From: an uncultured Methanosarcinales archaeon
GTDB lineage: Archaea > Nanobdellota > Nanobdellia > Woesearchaeales > DSVV01
Direction: 5' to 3'
DNA length: 64,000 nucleotides
Assembly (NCBI GenBank): GCA_964453185.1
Contig: CAYVNN010000002.1
Location: 340,444 to 404,443 of the forward strand
The notes under the pieces were generated by a model that was not told the DNA's origin, searched no databases, and saw nothing but the letters and a program-made list of their open reading frames with translations. Below, one piece after another: positions 19,207 to 28,815 of the stretch; the first letter of the stretch is position 1; each line of letters begins with the position of its first letter. The position numbers and the translations under genes were made by a program.

Positions 19207-19371
19207 TTATTCACCCCAATCTTCTTCTTCTTGTGGTGCAGCTTCTAATGTAACTGGGTCTGTACTTCTAACTTCTAGTTCAACCCCACATTCTCCACAT
19301 TCAACTAACTCACCTTTTTCTACATTTTCATTCAATGGAACATCAGCTCCACATTCTGGACATTCTACCAT
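19207..19371 (-). CDS. lysW: Amino-group carrier protein LysW (54 aa, not in the ORF track)
   Basis: Manual translation MVECPECGADVPLNENVEKGELVECGECGVELEVRSTDPVTLEAAPQEEEDWGE, with two CxxC and the EDWGE terminus; GGAGG SD. Confidence 0.97.
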   Translation of the reverse strand: MVECPECGADVPLNENVEKGELVECGECGVELEVRSTDPVTLEAAPQEEEDWGE

Positions 19372-19397
19372 TTTATTTACCTCCAATTATACTACAA

Positions 19398-19536
19398 GCA
19401 ATAGTACCACTGCCTTGGCTCACTATCACATTTTATCATTGATAGCGTAAAGATACGGAACGTACAACGAATTGCTCATTGAGTCAGAGCCGCCGTGGTA
19501 CTTTTGTTCATATACCACTGCCTTGGCTCACTATCA
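19398..19536. repeat. Family-1 hairpin element (19398-19507) plus a duplicated left arm (19513-19536)
   Basis: gtaccac-t-gc-ctt-ggctc ... ca-gagcc-gc-c-gtggtac; taccactgccttggctcactatca is repeated exactly. Confidence 0.85.
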
Positions 19537-19656
19537 TTAATTATACTAGTATTCACTCATTAGATATAAACATTCTGTTATTATATTAACAAAACAATAT
19601 ATTTTTGTGATTTATTTATCTCATAAACCCAATCATACCACTCTTTAGTAGTTAAT

Positions 19657-20433
19657 ATGCAAAAGATTTATAAGGTTGTAATTTTTCTCTTTTTATATAT
19701 GGGTATTATTAATACTATTAAGGATATAGGATATTGGTTATTTGATATTGGGATAGAAATAAATGGTGGAACTAATAAAAGGATACGTGCTAGGGCAAAA
19801 AGATTTAGGCAAAAAGAAAAACAGAGGTTTCTCAATAGAACTCTAAAAAAAGAAAAAAGCTTATGTAGTATGCTTGGTGATGTTGTTGAAACTGATGAAT
19901 TCTCTACAATAAAAGCTCGTGTTTATTGTAATGAATTTGAGGGTAAAATTTACATTACTCCACGCGGTCGAACTTTTGGGGTGATAAGGGGATCAGACAA
20001 TCCTCTTTCAAATTTTTATCAAGAAGGTATTTCAGAGTTTATTGATCAAAAACCAGGGAGAGATAGTTATTTCTTTTTTGATGATAATGGCAGATTAGAA
20101 GAATTATATGATCATATTCAAGAATTAGATGGTGTCGAAATATATCAATGTCAATGGGATAGGTCTGGGTCCAATAGTATGAAATCAATTGAAGATCCTC
20201 TTTCTTTGTTTCATTCATTAATGATTGATCATGTATATGAATCTTCTAGTGTTTTCCGAGAATATCTTGTAGTGAAAAGAGAATCAGAGCCAGATCCAAG
20301 TGGATCTATTAGAGTAACTTATTCATTGGTGGATATTAAGGAGGATGTTACTTATTGGAATATGGGTTCTGAAACAAATAGATACTATGGAATTTCTGTT
20401 TTTACTGGATTTAAAAAACAAGATTCTGAATAA
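19657..20433 (+). CDS. Hypothetical protein (start possibly at a downstream ATG)
   Basis: 258-aa ORF; no motif recognised. Confidence 0.6.
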   Translation: MQKIYKVVIFLFLYMGIINTIKDIGYWLFDIGIEINGGTNKRIRARAKRFRQKEKQRFLNRTLKKEKSLCSMLGDVVETDEFSTIKARVYCNEFEGKIYITPRGRTFGVIRGSDNPLSNFYQEGISEFIDQKPGRDSYFFFDDNGRLEELYDHIQELDGVEIYQCQWDRSGSNSMKSIEDPLSLFHSLMIDHVYESSSVFREYLVVKRESEPDPSGSIRVTYSLVDIKEDVTYWNMGSETNRYYGISVFTGFKKQDSE

Positions 20434-20483
20434 ATATACAAAAAACATTTAAAGTATTTAGTCAAATTATTCTCCTTAATCCA

Positions 20484-20852
20484 ATGTTACCACATCAATC
20501 ATATTCAAGACAAACTGAACAGACTAGGCCCTCTCAATCAAATGCTCGTAGAAATCTTACTATTGCTGGGTTTGTTCTATTATTTTATGGGGCTCTTGTT
20601 GCAGGTAATTATCGTAATGGAAATATAGCATATTCTTCAATGGACCAATCTTCTAGACAAACAGCAGTATCTGCAGATCTTGAAGCATGGAGTCAATTAG
20701 GTCTTATAAGGCAAACATTTGCTCTGGGATATTATTTTGCAGCACAAAATGCTTCAATCCCCTCTCAACCAGAAGAACTAACTAAAGAATTACCTAATGA
20801 AATCTATTTGACTAGAGCAAGAACTGATTCTTATGGTGATTCATTCCGTTAA
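20484..20852 (+). CDS. Hypothetical membrane protein
   Basis: 122-aa ORF with one TM helix. Confidence 0.55.
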   Translation: MLPHQSYSRQTEQTRPSQSNARRNLTIAGFVLLFYGALVAGNYRNGNIAYSSMDQSSRQTAVSADLEAWSQLGLIRQTFALGYYFAAQNASIPSQPEELTKELPNEIYLTRARTDSYGDSFR

Positions 20853-20853
20853 T

Positions 20854-21792
20854 CTATTCCAGAACTTCAACTGTATCTATTTTTCCATCTCCGTCAAGAT
20901 CAAAGCCTTGTACTATTGATGCAAATTCTTTTTGTCCTGAATATCGAACAAGGATTTCTTTGTAATGTCTTGTTAAACCAATAACTGCGGCTTTTGTTCC
21001 TAATGCACTAATACCTGCCAAAAATAATATCTGTTTAGAACTATCTAGTGGGTTTGGGATCTTTGCAATTATTCCAACACTTTCATCATTGTATCTTGCT
21101 TTATTTGAAACTAATTCCCATGGTTGAGAATCACTAAATTTTATTGGTAAATGTTTATTGATTGTTGCAGAGATCAAATTTGAAACAGGGCCACCTACAA
21201 CAATTAAATTATTTTGTTCAATTGATCTGGATCTAACATCCACATCAAGAGAAACTGTAAATTCTTCAGATACATTACATAATTTTCCTAAGAACATTGC
21301 AAGATCAATTGTATAATGTCCATCTCTTGTTCTAACTTTATTTGGTCCATGTGGATCAGGACTTCCTACAACAAAATGTGCATTAAATTTCCCTTCTAAA
21401 ATAAATGCAGATAAAAATTCTTTTAAATCTGAATTAATCTTCTTTCCAACTAATTCATTTGCATTTTTCCATTTCTTTTCTAATGCAACAACAAAATTAA
21501 GACTTTTTGGTTTAAGTTTTTTTGCAACAGTTCCTCTTATCTCTTTCCTTTCAACAATTTCTAAAATTCCTGCATTGTTTAACTGTTTTATGTGATAGTA
21601 AACTTTTTGTTCATGCATCTTTAACTTTTTTGCAATCTCTGCAGGGTACAATGCTTCATCAGCTAATAATTTTAATATCTTTACCCTTATTTCATTATTA
21701 ACTAATTCAAGTGATCCTGGATTTTCTAATAATGTGGCTTCATTGTAAACCAATCCATTTCCTTTTTCTTTTAGTATGTATGTTTTTGCCAT
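20854..21792 (-). CDS. ArsR-family HTH regulator with C-terminal alpha/beta domain
   Basis: YPAEIAKKLKMHEQKVYYHIKQL; VVGSPDPHGP, NLIVVGGPVSN and GFDLDGDGKID. Confidence 0.85.
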   Translation of the reverse strand: MAKTYILKEKGNGLVYNEATLLENPGSLELVNNEIRVKILKLLADEALYPAEIAKKLKMHEQKVYYHIKQLNNAGILEIVERKEIRGTVAKKLKPKSLNFVVALEKKWKNANELVGKKINSDLKEFLSAFILEGKFNAHFVVGSPDPHGPNKVRTRDGHYTIDLAMFLGKLCNVSEEFTVSLDVDVRSRSIEQNNLIVVGGPVSNLISATINKHLPIKFSDSQPWELVSNKARYNDESVGIIAKIPNPLDSSKQILFLAGISALGTKAAVIGLTRHYKEILVRYSGQKEFASIVQGFDLDGDGKIDTVEVLE

Positions 21793-22060
21793 ATTTTCAA
21801 GAAATCATTACTATTTTAAATAATTTGCTATTATTATAAACAGATTCATAATATTATTATAATTTTCTATATATGATGATGTATGAAGTCTGTGCTTTTG
21901 TCTTTAATTAACAGTTCTTCGGTTTTTCTAACTCATTTCCCTTAAAAAGCTTATTTTGTACTCTTTTTAAGCAAATAAACGCTTTTAATACCTTTTTATT
22001 CTCATTACTATAAACCTTTTTTTAATTAACTATATAAACACACCATATACTAAAAATAGT

Positions 22061-23413
22061 ATGGAAAGAAAAATATTTGGTACAGATGGTATTAGAGGAA
22101 AGGTAAATGTTTATCCAATGACTGCTGAAACAATATTAAAATTAGGTATTGCAACAGCAAAAGTATTTACAAGAGATAATGGAAAGAGGCATAGAATAAT
22201 TATTGGCAAAGATACAAGGATTAGTGGTTATGTTTTTGAATATGCATTAGCTGCTGGTTTTTGTTCAATGGGTATGGATGTATATTTAGTTGGTCCATTA
22301 CCAACTCCAGCAATAGCTCACTTGACAAAATCAATGAAAGCAGATGCAGGAATTGTAATCTCTGCTTCACATAATCCTGCAGGTGATAATGGGATTAAGT
22401 TTTTCTCAGCAGATGGATATAAGCTTCCCGATTCTGTAGAAAAAGAAATTGAATCATTAATTTTTAACAATAAACTTTCAACAGAACATATTCCTATAGA
22501 AAAAGCAGGCAAAGCTTTTAAGATGGATGATGCAAAAGGAAGATATATTGAATTTGCAAAAGGAAGTGTAAATAATATTTCTTTACATGGTTTAAAAATT
22601 GTACTTGATTGTGCAAACGGAGCAGGTTATCAAGTTGCTCCATTAATTTTTCGAGAACTAGGAGCAGATGTTGTTGTTATGAATTATAAACCAGATGGTT
22701 TAAACATAAATGAAAATGCAGGTTCATTACATCCTGAATATCTTAGTGCAGCTGTTCTTAGTCATAATGCAGATGTAGGAATTGCTTTGGATGGTGATGC
22801 AGATAGAATAATCATGGTTGATGACAAAGGAGAAGTTGTTGATGGTGATGAAATCATGGCAATATCTGCTTTACATCTCAAAAGCATAAATCAACTTAAT
22901 AATAATACACTTGTTGCAACAGTCATGTCTAATCTTGGATTAGATTTAGCAATGAAAGAAAATGGTATTAATCTTATCAAAACAAAAGTTGGAGACAGGT
23001 ATGTTATTGAAGAAATGAAAAATAATGATTATATTCTTGGTGGAGAACAATCAGGACATCTTATTTTTAGTAAACATGCAACAACTGGTGATGGAATTAT
23101 TTCTGGTCTTCAAGTTTTAAAAATAATTAGAGAATCTAAGAAAAAACTTTCACAATTAAAACAATGTATGAAAAAGTATCCACAAATTTTAATTAATGTG
23201 GAAGTTAAAGAAAAGAAACCAGTTGAAGAACTTCAAGCTTATAAAAATATCCAAGAAATTGAATCAATTCTTGGAGAAAAAGGAAGAGTTCTAGTTCGTT
23301 ACTCAGGAACACAAAATAAATGTAGGGTAATGTTAGAAGGAGAAGATCAAAAACAAATTGAACAATATGCAAAAGATATTGTAAAAAAAATAAAAGAAGA
23401 GATAGGTGAATAG
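22061..23413 (+). CDS. glmM: Phosphoglucosamine mutase
   Basis: FGTDGIRG, SASHNP, DGDADR, GGEQSGH and RYSGT motifs. Confidence 0.96.
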   Translation: MERKIFGTDGIRGKVNVYPMTAETILKLGIATAKVFTRDNGKRHRIIIGKDTRISGYVFEYALAAGFCSMGMDVYLVGPLPTPAIAHLTKSMKADAGIVISASHNPAGDNGIKFFSADGYKLPDSVEKEIESLIFNNKLSTEHIPIEKAGKAFKMDDAKGRYIEFAKGSVNNISLHGLKIVLDCANGAGYQVAPLIFRELGADVVVMNYKPDGLNINENAGSLHPEYLSAAVLSHNADVGIALDGDADRIIMVDDKGEVVDGDEIMAISALHLKSINQLNNNTLVATVMSNLGLDLAMKENGINLIKTKVGDRYVIEEMKNNDYILGGEQSGHLIFSKHATTGDGIISGLQVLKIIRESKKKLSQLKQCMKKYPQILINVEVKEKKPVEELQAYKNIQEIESILGEKGRVLVRYSGTQNKCRVMLEGEDQKQIEQYAKDIVKKIKEEIGE

Positions 23414-23415
23414 AG

Positions 23416-24204
23416 ATGGAACAATCAGAATTTCTTAAAACAGCGATTAAAGCAGCAAAAGCTGCGGGAGAAATTATTAAACATTATAACAACGATGAAA
23501 TAAAAAGAAAGTCTGATAGTCCAGGTGATGTTGTTACACAAGCAGATCTTGAATCAGAAAAAGTAATAATTAAAATAATTAAAGAATCATTTCCTAATCA
23601 TAAATTTATATCAGAAGAATTTAACCCTGATGAAAAATTATCTTCAGATTATACTTGGATTATTGATCCAATTGATGGAACATTACCTTTTACATTAGGA
23701 TATAATTATTCAGCAGTTTCAATTGGATTATTTAAAGATAAACAACCAATCTTAGGTGTTATTTATCATCCACTTATGGAAATGTTATATTACGCAGAGA
23801 AAGGAAAAGGAGCGTTTATTGATAATAAACAAATCTCTGTTAATAATCAATCTATTTTATCAAAATCATTAATTTATTTTGGCTGTCCAATTTATCAAAG
23901 AAAAGAAGCAATTGAAAATATTTTACTCAAATTAGCAGACAAAATTGGTGGATTTATGTTTATTAGTTGTGCAACAAGTTCATTAACTAATATAGCTAGT
24001 GGTAAAACAGAATTATATATTCATTGTGGAAATAAAATATGGGATATAGCAGCAGGATATTTAATTATAAATGAAGCAGGTGGTAGGACAACAAATCTTA
24101 AAGGAGATCTTGTTGACTTTACAAAAGATAAAATAGATCATGTTTTTTCTAATGGAAAAATTCATGATGAAGTAATTAAAATAATAAATCAGGGTGATAA
24201 TTAA
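23416..24204 (+). CDS. suhB: Inositol monophosphatase family protein
   Basis: SEE, WIIDPIDGT and WDIAAG motifs. Confidence 0.9.
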   Translation: MEQSEFLKTAIKAAKAAGEIIKHYNNDEIKRKSDSPGDVVTQADLESEKVIIKIIKESFPNHKFISEEFNPDEKLSSDYTWIIDPIDGTLPFTLGYNYSAVSIGLFKDKQPILGVIYHPLMEMLYYAEKGKGAFIDNKQISVNNQSILSKSLIYFGCPIYQRKEAIENILLKLADKIGGFMFISCATSSLTNIASGKTELYIHCGNKIWDIAAGYLIINEAGGRTTNLKGDLVDFTKDKIDHVFSNGKIHDEVIKIINQGDN

Positions 24205-25394
24205 TGGTACAAGCAGTTTTACTTGCAGCAGGAAAATCAACAAGAACATGGCCTTTGACAGTAACAAGACCAAAACCATTGTTAAAAGTAGTTAATAAAA
24301 CAATAATAATGCATAATCTTGACCAACTTATTGGTCTAGTAGATGAAGCAATCATTGTTGTTGGTTTTAAACAAGAAATGATTAAAGAACATCTTAAAGA
24401 TTACAACAAGATTAAGATTACTTTTGTTGAACAAAAAGAACAATTAGGGACAGGACATGCATTAATGCAAGTAAAAGATAACATAGAAGACAAATTTATT
24501 TTTATGGTTGGAGATGATTTATTCTCAAAACAAGACTTAAAAAAACTTCTGGACCATGATTGGGCAGTTTTAGCAAAAGAAGTAGATGCTCCACAGAATT
24601 TTGGAATATTTGAATTAACAGAGGATAATTGTATTAAGTCTATTGAAGAAAAACCTAAAACTCCAAAATCAAATTTAGCTAATACTGCATGTTATATGTT
24701 TAAGAAAAAGATTTTTGCAATTGCAGAGAATCTTAAGAAAACAGAAAGAGGAGAATATGAAGCAACAGATGCATTAGGTGAGATAGCAAACTCAGAAAAA
24801 GTAAAATGTATTACTGCAGAAGAATGGATACCTATTACTTATCCCTGGAGTCTTCTTGAAGCTAATGCTTTTTTATTATCAAAATTAAGTGGAGAAATAA
24901 AAGGGGAAGTAGAACAAGGTGCAACATTAAAAGGAGAGGTTTTTGTTGATGAGGGAACAATTGTAAAAGCAGGAGCATATATTGAAGGGCCTGTTTATAT
25001 TGGTAAGGATTGCAAGGTTGGTCCTAATTGTTATATAAGACCATTTACAACATTATGTGATGGTTCAAAAGTCGGTAATGCAGTTGAAATTAAAAATACA
25101 ATTTTGTTTGACAATGCATCAGTGGGACATCTTTCTTATGTTGGTGATTCTGTTCTTGGGTATAATGTTAATTTTGGAGCTGGTACAATTACTGCAAATC
25201 TAAGACATGATAATTTAAATATTAAAACACCATTAAAGGGAGAGATGATTGATACTGGCAGAAGAAAATTAGGAACAATAATTGGTGATAATGTCCATAC
25301 AGGTATTAATACTTCAATCTATCCAGGAAGAAAGATATGGCCAGATCTAGGTACATTACCTGGAGCGATTGTTACAAAGGACATTACAAAATAA
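24204..25394 (+). CDS. glmU: Bifunctional sugar-1-phosphate nucleotidylyltransferase/acetyltransferase (archaeal GlmU)
   Basis: LAAGKSTR..PL...RPKPL followed by hexapeptide repeats and HLSYVGDS. Confidence 0.92.
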   Translation: MVQAVLLAAGKSTRTWPLTVTRPKPLLKVVNKTIIMHNLDQLIGLVDEAIIVVGFKQEMIKEHLKDYNKIKITFVEQKEQLGTGHALMQVKDNIEDKFIFMVGDDLFSKQDLKKLLDHDWAVLAKEVDAPQNFGIFELTEDNCIKSIEEKPKTPKSNLANTACYMFKKKIFAIAENLKKTERGEYEATDALGEIANSEKVKCITAEEWIPITYPWSLLEANAFLLSKLSGEIKGEVEQGATLKGEVFVDEGTIVKAGAYIEGPVYIGKDCKVGPNCYIRPFTTLCDGSKVGNAVEIKNTILFDNASVGHLSYVGDSVLGYNVNFGAGTITANLRHDNLNIKTPLKGEMIDTGRRKLGTIIGDNVHTGINTSIYPGRKIWPDLGTLPGAIVTKDITK

Positions 25395-26067
25395 TAGAGG
25401 GATTAATAATATGATAAAAGCAGTAATCTTTGATATGGATGGAGTAATAACAAGAACAGAAGATATTCATGCATTAACTTTTGATATGGTATTAAAAGAA
25501 TATGGTGCAGTTCGTTCTGAGGAATTAAAAAAGAAAGTTACAGGTATGCCTGGAAAGGCTGAGTGGGAACTCTACAAAAAAACATTTCCTAAAATAAAGG
25601 ATAATGTAGATACATTAAAAAAGAAAAGAGAAAAATATTATACAGAAAAAGCAAAAAAAATTCCATTATTTCCTGGATTTAGAGAATTATTTTTTAAGAT
25701 TAAAGAATTAAAACTAAAAGTTTCACTTACAACATCAAGTAATATGTTTTATATTAATTTAGGAATACCAAAAGAGATTAGAGAATCATTTGATGTGATT
25801 ACTACATCCGATGATGTTGTTAATGGTAAACCAGATCCTGAACCTTATCTTAGGTCTGTAAAATTATTAGGATTAAAAGCAGAAGAATGTGTTGTATTCG
25901 AGGATTCTTTAAATGGAATTAGATCGGCATTAGATGCAGGATGTTATTGTGTTGCTGTTACTAACTCTTTTACTAGAGAAGAAATACAAGAATTAAAACC
26001 AACAATGATAATTGATAGTTTAGAAGAAATAAATTTGGAGAAAATTAAAGCGATAGGTGATGAATAA
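25369..26067 (+). CDS. HAD-superfamily phosphatase (beta-PGM-like; likely start MIKAVIF)
   Basis: FDMDGV, GKPDPEPY and FEDS motifs. Confidence 0.9.
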   Translation: MLQRTLQNNRGINNMIKAVIFDMDGVITRTEDIHALTFDMVLKEYGAVRSEELKKKVTGMPGKAEWELYKKTFPKIKDNVDTLKKKREKYYTEKAKKIPLFPGFRELFFKIKELKLKVSLTTSSNMFYINLGIPKEIRESFDVITTSDDVVNGKPDPEPYLRSVKLLGLKAEECVVFEDSLNGIRSALDAGCYCVAVTNSFTREEIQELKPTMIIDSLEEINLEKIKAIGDE

Positions 26068-27818
26068 TGTGTGGTATAGTTGGAATTAATGCAAAAGAAG
26101 AATTTTCAATTAAATTTGAACTTATTAAATCATTAAAAAGATTAGAATACAGAGGTTATGACTCATCTGGTTTTGTAACAAAAAGTGGTTTTGTCCAAAA
26201 AGATATAGGATATATTCAAAAACTCATGGATGAAATTGATGAGACTCTAGTTACAAATATGGCTGTTGGCCATTCGCGTTGGGCAACACATGGTGGTGTA
26301 ACAAAACTAAATGCTCATCCTCATTTTAACAAAGAAAAAACTATTTTTGCAGTTCATAATGGTATTATTGAAAACTTTCAAGAGATAAAAAAAGAACTTC
26401 AAGAAAAAGGTTATGAATTTATTTCAGAAACAGATACAGAGGTTATTCCACATTTTTTTGATAATCAACTTAAGCAAGGAAATGACATGAAAACTTCAAT
26501 ACTTAACTTTATGAAGAAGGTTCATGGTACTTTTGCAATACTTTTATTTAAAAAAGATGAAAATATAATTTATGCATTAAAGAGAGATTCTCCTCTTGCA
26601 TTAGGTATTTGTGAAGATAAAATGATCTTAGGTTCTGATATTTACGCATTTAGTAATGAAACAGACAAAGCTATTTTCTTTGATGATAATGAATTTGCTA
26701 TAATTAAGGCAGATTCATATGAGTTTTATAATGACAAAGGGGATAAGATTGAGAAAGAGATAACTAAATTTGAATGGAGTGAAGAAGAAGAAACAATGGA
26801 AGATTTCCCCCATTATATGATTAAAGAAATCAAAGAACAGCCTAAGGTATCTAAACGATTATTAGATTCATTTAATACAACACAAAAATCTAATATTAAC
26901 AATTTTATTGATTTAATTAAACAACATAAAAAAATATTATTTTTAGCATGTGGGACAAGTTATCATGCTTCTCTTGTTGGAGCAATTGTTTTGAATAGAA
27001 TGGGTTTTGAAGCTAGAACAATTATTGCTTCAGAAGTTGAAAATTTTACTCAATTTAATAAAGATACATTAATTATTGCTATTTCCCAAAGTGGAGAAAC
27101 AATGGATGTAATTGTTCCAATGAAAAATGCAAGAGAAGCTGGAGCAAAAGTTGTTTCTATTGTTAATGTTCCCTTTTCAACAATTCAAAGACACAGTGAA
27201 GTTTCAATTGAAATATTAGCAGGTCAAGAGATTTGTGTAGCATCAACAAAAGCATTTACTAATCAAGTAATTGCTTTGCTTGAGATAGCTAGGAGATTAG
27301 GTTATGATATTAATTTATCTGATGTTCCTAAAAAAATTCAACAAACAATAGCATTAAATGAGGTAAAGGTTAAAGAAATTTCTAATGATTTAAACCAACA
27401 CCAAAATTTGTTTGTTCTAGGTAGAGGATTATCATACCCAATGTCAAGAGAGATTGCATTAAAGTTTAAAGAAATATCATATGTTCATGCAGAAGGTATG
27501 ATGGGTGGTGAACTTAAGCATGGAACAATTGCTTTAATTGAAGATGGTACCCCTGTTATTGGTTTGGTTCCTAATAAAGATCCTGAAATGTTATCAAATC
27601 TTAAAGAAGTTGAAGCAAGAGGAGCAAAGGTTTACATGATTATTAATACTGATATGGATACCGGATATGAAAAGTTTAGAGTACCTGAGTCAGACAATGC
27701 AGAGTTTGCTATCTATTCTTGTATAATTGGACATTTGTTGAGTTATTACATTGCAGTTCTTAGAGGGAATGAGATAGATAAACCACGTAATCTTGCTAAA
27801 TCGGTAACTGTATTATAG
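26067..27818 (+). CDS. glmS: Glutamine--fructose-6-phosphate transaminase
   Basis: MCGIVG, EYRGYDS, GHSRWATHG, SQSGET and PRNLAKSVT. Confidence 0.97.
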   Translation: MCGIVGINAKEEFSIKFELIKSLKRLEYRGYDSSGFVTKSGFVQKDIGYIQKLMDEIDETLVTNMAVGHSRWATHGGVTKLNAHPHFNKEKTIFAVHNGIIENFQEIKKELQEKGYEFISETDTEVIPHFFDNQLKQGNDMKTSILNFMKKVHGTFAILLFKKDENIIYALKRDSPLALGICEDKMILGSDIYAFSNETDKAIFFDDNEFAIIKADSYEFYNDKGDKIEKEITKFEWSEEEETMEDFPHYMIKEIKEQPKVSKRLLDSFNTTQKSNINNFIDLIKQHKKILFLACGTSYHASLVGAIVLNRMGFEARTIIASEVENFTQFNKDTLIIAISQSGETMDVIVPMKNAREAGAKVVSIVNVPFSTIQRHSEVSIEILAGQEICVASTKAFTNQVIALLEIARRLGYDINLSDVPKKIQQTIALNEVKVKEISNDLNQHQNLFVLGRGLSYPMSREIALKFKEISYVHAEGMMGGELKHGTIALIEDGTPVIGLVPNKDPEMLSNLKEVEARGAKVYMIINTDMDTGYEKFRVPESDNAEFAIYSCIIGHLLSYYIAVLRGNEIDKPRNLAKSVTVL

Positions 27819-27840
27819 ACATTTGTCAATCTTATATTTT

Positions 27841-28572
27841 TTACTTTTTCCCTTTTTTCCACAACAATTCAAAGTATTGTTTATAACCTTCTGCAACAGT
27901 TTTATCTTTAATTAGAATTCCATATGGATTTTCTGTGAATATTGCTATTCCTACATTATCTCCACAAATAATTGTTTCTTGTAATTGTTCATATTCAGGT
28001 TTAAGAAATTTTATTTTTGTTAAAACTTTTTTATTAAGCCATTTGCCAAAATCTCTGATTGTTTCATCAAACAATTGTCTTGACTTAATCTTTTTTGCAA
28101 TTCTTCTTGCATGTAAATTCTTCCACCATGTTTCTCCCATTATATCATGTGTAACTCTTGTTCCACCACCAAATGTATTATATTCTTTTCCACCTGTGTT
28201 TAAAATAATATTATACATCTCATTAATTCCTCTTTTTCCTCTAAATATAGTTCCACTTGTTTCTTGTTTTACAAATTTCTGCTTTTGTTTTAATTCAGGC
28301 AAAATTTGTTCAAATCTCTTTTTTTTATTTTCAATAAAATCATAGAAATTTTCAGGGTTAGTTGCTTGATATATCTTTTTTCTTCCTTCTAGTATATAAC
28401 TTATCAATCCTTTATCTATTAATGTGTTCAATGCTCTATGAACAACAGAATTATGTAAATTAGATTTCTCTAAAATAGCACCTGCACTACTATTACCTAA
28501 CTCTAACAATGCAATATATACCTTAATCTCTGCATTTGTTAATCCAAGATCCTCTAATATTGTTGTATCCAT
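27841..28572 (-). CDS. TrmB-family transcriptional regulator
   Basis: LEDLGLTNAEIKVYIALL wHTH; C-terminal YFELLW. Confidence 0.88.
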   Translation of the reverse strand: MDTTILEDLGLTNAEIKVYIALLELGNSSAGAILEKSNLHNSVVHRALNTLIDKGLISYILEGRKKIYQATNPENFYDFIENKKKRFEQILPELKQKQKFVKQETSGTIFRGKRGINEMYNIILNTGGKEYNTFGGGTRVTHDIMGETWWKNLHARRIAKKIKSRQLFDETIRDFGKWLNKKVLTKIKFLKPEYEQLQETIICGDNVGIAIFTENPYGILIKDKTVAEGYKQYFELLWKKGKK

Positions 28573-28584
28573 GTTTACTCAAAC

Positions 28585-28704
28585 AGATATACTGCCTTTG
28601 CCTTAAGATGAACGAAACGTTTGTCATGCTTGCACAATAAGGAACAAAAATCCATCATAATCATATCAAGATTTTTGTGAAGTGAATGGCCAGGCAGTAT
28701 ATCT
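28585..28704. repeat. Hairpin element related to family 1
   Basis: Perfect 13-bp arms agatatactgcct / aggcagtatatct. The left part is the reverse complement of about 17259-17305. Confidence 0.8.
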
Positions 28705-28815
28705 TATATATTAGATTTCATTATATATATTTAAATCTATCCATTATAGTCTCAAAAAAGAGGATAAAAGTTAATATAGATTTCTTGTTACCACCATGTT
28801 GTTGGGGTTAAATCT

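Noticed and set aside
18346-19371. ATP-grasp RiPP (graspetide) system with a small precursor peptide
   Set aside because: The small ORF is a canonical LysW (two CxxC, EDWGE) and lysY, lysZ and lysJ are adjacent.
15369-19536. CRISPR array, lysine riboswitch, hammerhead ribozyme or classical attC as an explanation for the repeats
   Set aside because: There is no regular repeat-spacer period and no cas gene. I see no lysine-riboswitch or CUGAnGA/GAAA core and no RYYYAAC/GTTRRRY ends. Copies also occur away from the lys genes.
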